This document shows, one piece after another, positions 15,715-17,239 of a stretch of 17,239 nucleotides of DNA (positions are counted from its first letter, which is position 1; each line of letters starts with the position of its first letter). The DNA is from Fibrobacterota bacterium (GTDB lineage Bacteria > Fibrobacterota > Fibrobacteria > UBA11236). The notes beneath the pieces are model-generated. The model ran no database searches, had not been told where the DNA came from, and saw only the letters and a list, made by a program, of their open reading frames with translations. A program made the translations under genes and the position numbers. The stretch is taken from the NCBI GenBank assembly GCA_043753995.1, contig JAYUVP010000083.1:1-17239 (forward strand), read 5' to 3'.

Positions 15715-17239
15715 TCCCATTCGATAGTGCCTGGAGGTTTGTGGGTGACATCATAAAGCAAGGCACCCACTCCCAAGCCCTGGAGAGTAGTCCACAAGCC
15801 ATCCAACATGGTCCAAGGCAAGCGCGCGAAGCTCGCCGTCATGGCCTCGGTGGAATCGACGGGACGTAAAACCACCGCGTCCTTGCCGCCGCATTGCAAA
15901 GGCAAGAGCACCACCGGCATTTGCCAAACCGAGCTATAGAGGCCATGGGCTAAAAGCGCATCCGTGCAGGCGGCATCTACTCGGCGTAGAAAGTCTAGGC
16001 GATCACGAGTGCAGGTGGCCGCGATAGGGGCATAGCCCTGAGAGGGCAAGGCGCCGATTTCCAAAACCACGCGATTGACTTCGCGCACGCGATTGAGCAA
16101 GGCCGTAGTGGCTGTATCCGCAAGGTCCCAATCGCGAAGACCGCGAATCAGGCAGGGATGGGCATAGGTGCGTCCGTCGCCTTGCACGCCAACACTTTGC
16201 ACCGGTAATACTTCGCCAGAAAGCCCCTGGGCTTGCAGGGCAAGATTCACCTTATCGACGATGTCTTTCGATAGGCTGGCTTCATTGGGGCCACGGCAGA
16301 GCAGGCGAACGCCGAGACCGGGTCCCGGGAAGGGATGCCTATCAATCAATCGATCCGGTATTTCGAGCAAACGGCCTAATTCCCTCACTTCGTCCTTATA
16401 GCATTCGGCGAGCGGTTCGACCACCAGGCCGCGTTTCATCAATTCGACTATGGCATCGACGCGATTGTGATGGGTTTTGATCACCGCGGCATGCTGGGTG
16501 CCGCCGCTTTCAATGGTGTCGGGATAAATAGTGCCTTGCGCCAAAATCCATTGCTCGGGGTCAAGATGGAGCTCGGCCAAAGCCTTGTCCTTGACTTCAA
16601 GGAAGGTGTCTCCGATGATTTTGCGTTTGCGTTCCGGTTCGACTACGCCGAGGAGGCGTTCCAAAAACAGTTCTCCCGCATCGCGTATGACAAGGTTGTG
16701 AAAGCCATGCGCCTGCATGTATTCCATGACGGCGGCACTTTCGTCCTGACGCATGAGGCCATTGTCGATATGCAGGCCCAGAACGCGATCCGCCCCTAAG
16801 GCACGGTTGAGAAGGGCAAAGGCCACGGTGGAATCGACGCCACCCGAAACCAGGAGAAAGGCCTTGCGCTGCCCGCATTCTTGGCGCAAGCGGGCGCATA
16901 AGGTCTCAATGTGATCGGCCATTTTCCAGTCGAAACAGCAGCCGCATATTTGCAGAAAATTGCGAAGCATGACGCCGCCTTCGGGCGTATGCGTCACCTC
17001 GGCGTGAAATTGCAGGCCATAGCGACGCTGGGCATCATCACCCACGGCAGAGGCTTGGCAATCGGGCGTAGAGCCTAAAATGCGAAAGCCGGAAGGGAGA
17101 GCAGAAACCTCATCGCCATGGCTCATCCATACCCGTGACTTAGCTGATACCCCGGCGAAAAGGGGATGGGTGAGGTCAGGTGAAAAATCGGCGGGGCCGA
17201 ATTCATGAACCTTACCGCGTTTGACCTGTCCACCGAGCT
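15711..17239 (-). CDS. guaA: GMP synthase (glutamine-hydrolysing), 5'-partial
   Basis: The frame stays open upstream of 17126 to the window edge (LGGQVKRGKVHEFGPA...PLFAGV...VWMSHGD). Motifs: YGLQFHAEVTHT, LVSGGVDSTV, IDNGLMR, EPERKRKIIG, LAQGTIYPDTIES, IKTHHN, YKDEVRELG, RHPFPGPGL, SVGVQGDGRTY, terminal YDVTHKPPGTIEWE. Confidence 0.97.
   Translation of the reverse strand, partial: LGGQVKRGKVHEFGPADFSPDLTHPLFAGVSAKSRVWMSHGDEVSALPSGFRILGSTPDCQASAVGDDAQRRYGLQFHAEVTHTPEGGVMLRNFLQICGCCFDWKMADHIETLCARLRQECGQRKAFLLVSGGVDSTVAFALLNRALGADRVLGLHIDNGLMRQDESAAVMEYMQAHGFHNLVIRDAGELFLERLLGVVEPERKRKIIGDTFLEVKDKALAELHLDPEQWILAQGTIYPDTIESGGTQHAAVIKTHHNRVDAIVELMKRGLVVEPLAECYKDEVRELGRLLEIPDRLIDRHPFPGPGLGVRLLCRGPNEASLSKDIVDKVNLALQAQGLSGEVLPVQSVGVQGDGRTYAHPCLIRGLRDWDLADTATTALLNRVREVNRVVLEIGALPSQGYAPIAATCTRDRLDFLRRVDAACTDALLAHGLYSSVWQMPVVLLPLQCGGKDAVVLRPVDSTEAMTASFARLPWTMLDGLWTTLQGLGVGALLYDVTHKPPGTIEWE

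Noticed and set aside
90..16899. The many 60-170 aa alternative-frame and antisense ORFs in the track
   Set aside because: All overlap well-supported genes and show no recognisable motifs. They are consistent with shadow ORFs.
16995..17020. GuaA QFHAEV instead of QFHPEV as an inactivating change
   Set aside because: The catalytic His and Glu are retained; only the intervening residue differs.
1..17239. CRISPR arrays, tRNA/rRNA, IS elements, prophage or defence genes
   Set aside because: The window is almost entirely coding, the only sizeable intergenic space is 132 nt, and I saw no spaced direct repeats or transposase, integrase or nuclease motifs.

Overview
Bacterial housekeeping and cell-envelope region with two convergent transcription units that meet at a rho-independent terminator (~5526-5567). 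On the + strand is the 3' part of a very large all-TPR protein gene (>1800 codons visible, start upstream of the window). It is split by a single -1 frameshift near 1182-1227 and contains a long-period internal duplication (~572 aa offset). On the - strand is a tightly coupled nine-gene run: guaA (5'-truncated, with a metazoan-type doubled C-terminal domain), hflX, a DUF58 protein, a BatA-N/vWA-like membrane protein, aroE, an aroK-aroB fusion, an extended SDR with broken catalytic motifs, a divergent mraY, and a eukaryote-type (UAP1-like) UDP-GlcNAc pyrophosphorylase. The most interesting candidates are the SDR-mraY-UAP trio (a possible cell-wall precursor module with a pseudoenzyme) and the frameshifted giant TPR protein. 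I saw no RNA genes, CRISPR arrays or mobile elements. The gene content is reminiscent of Fibrobacterota, but that is an unverified impression. All family calls come from motif recognition by eye; no searches were run.
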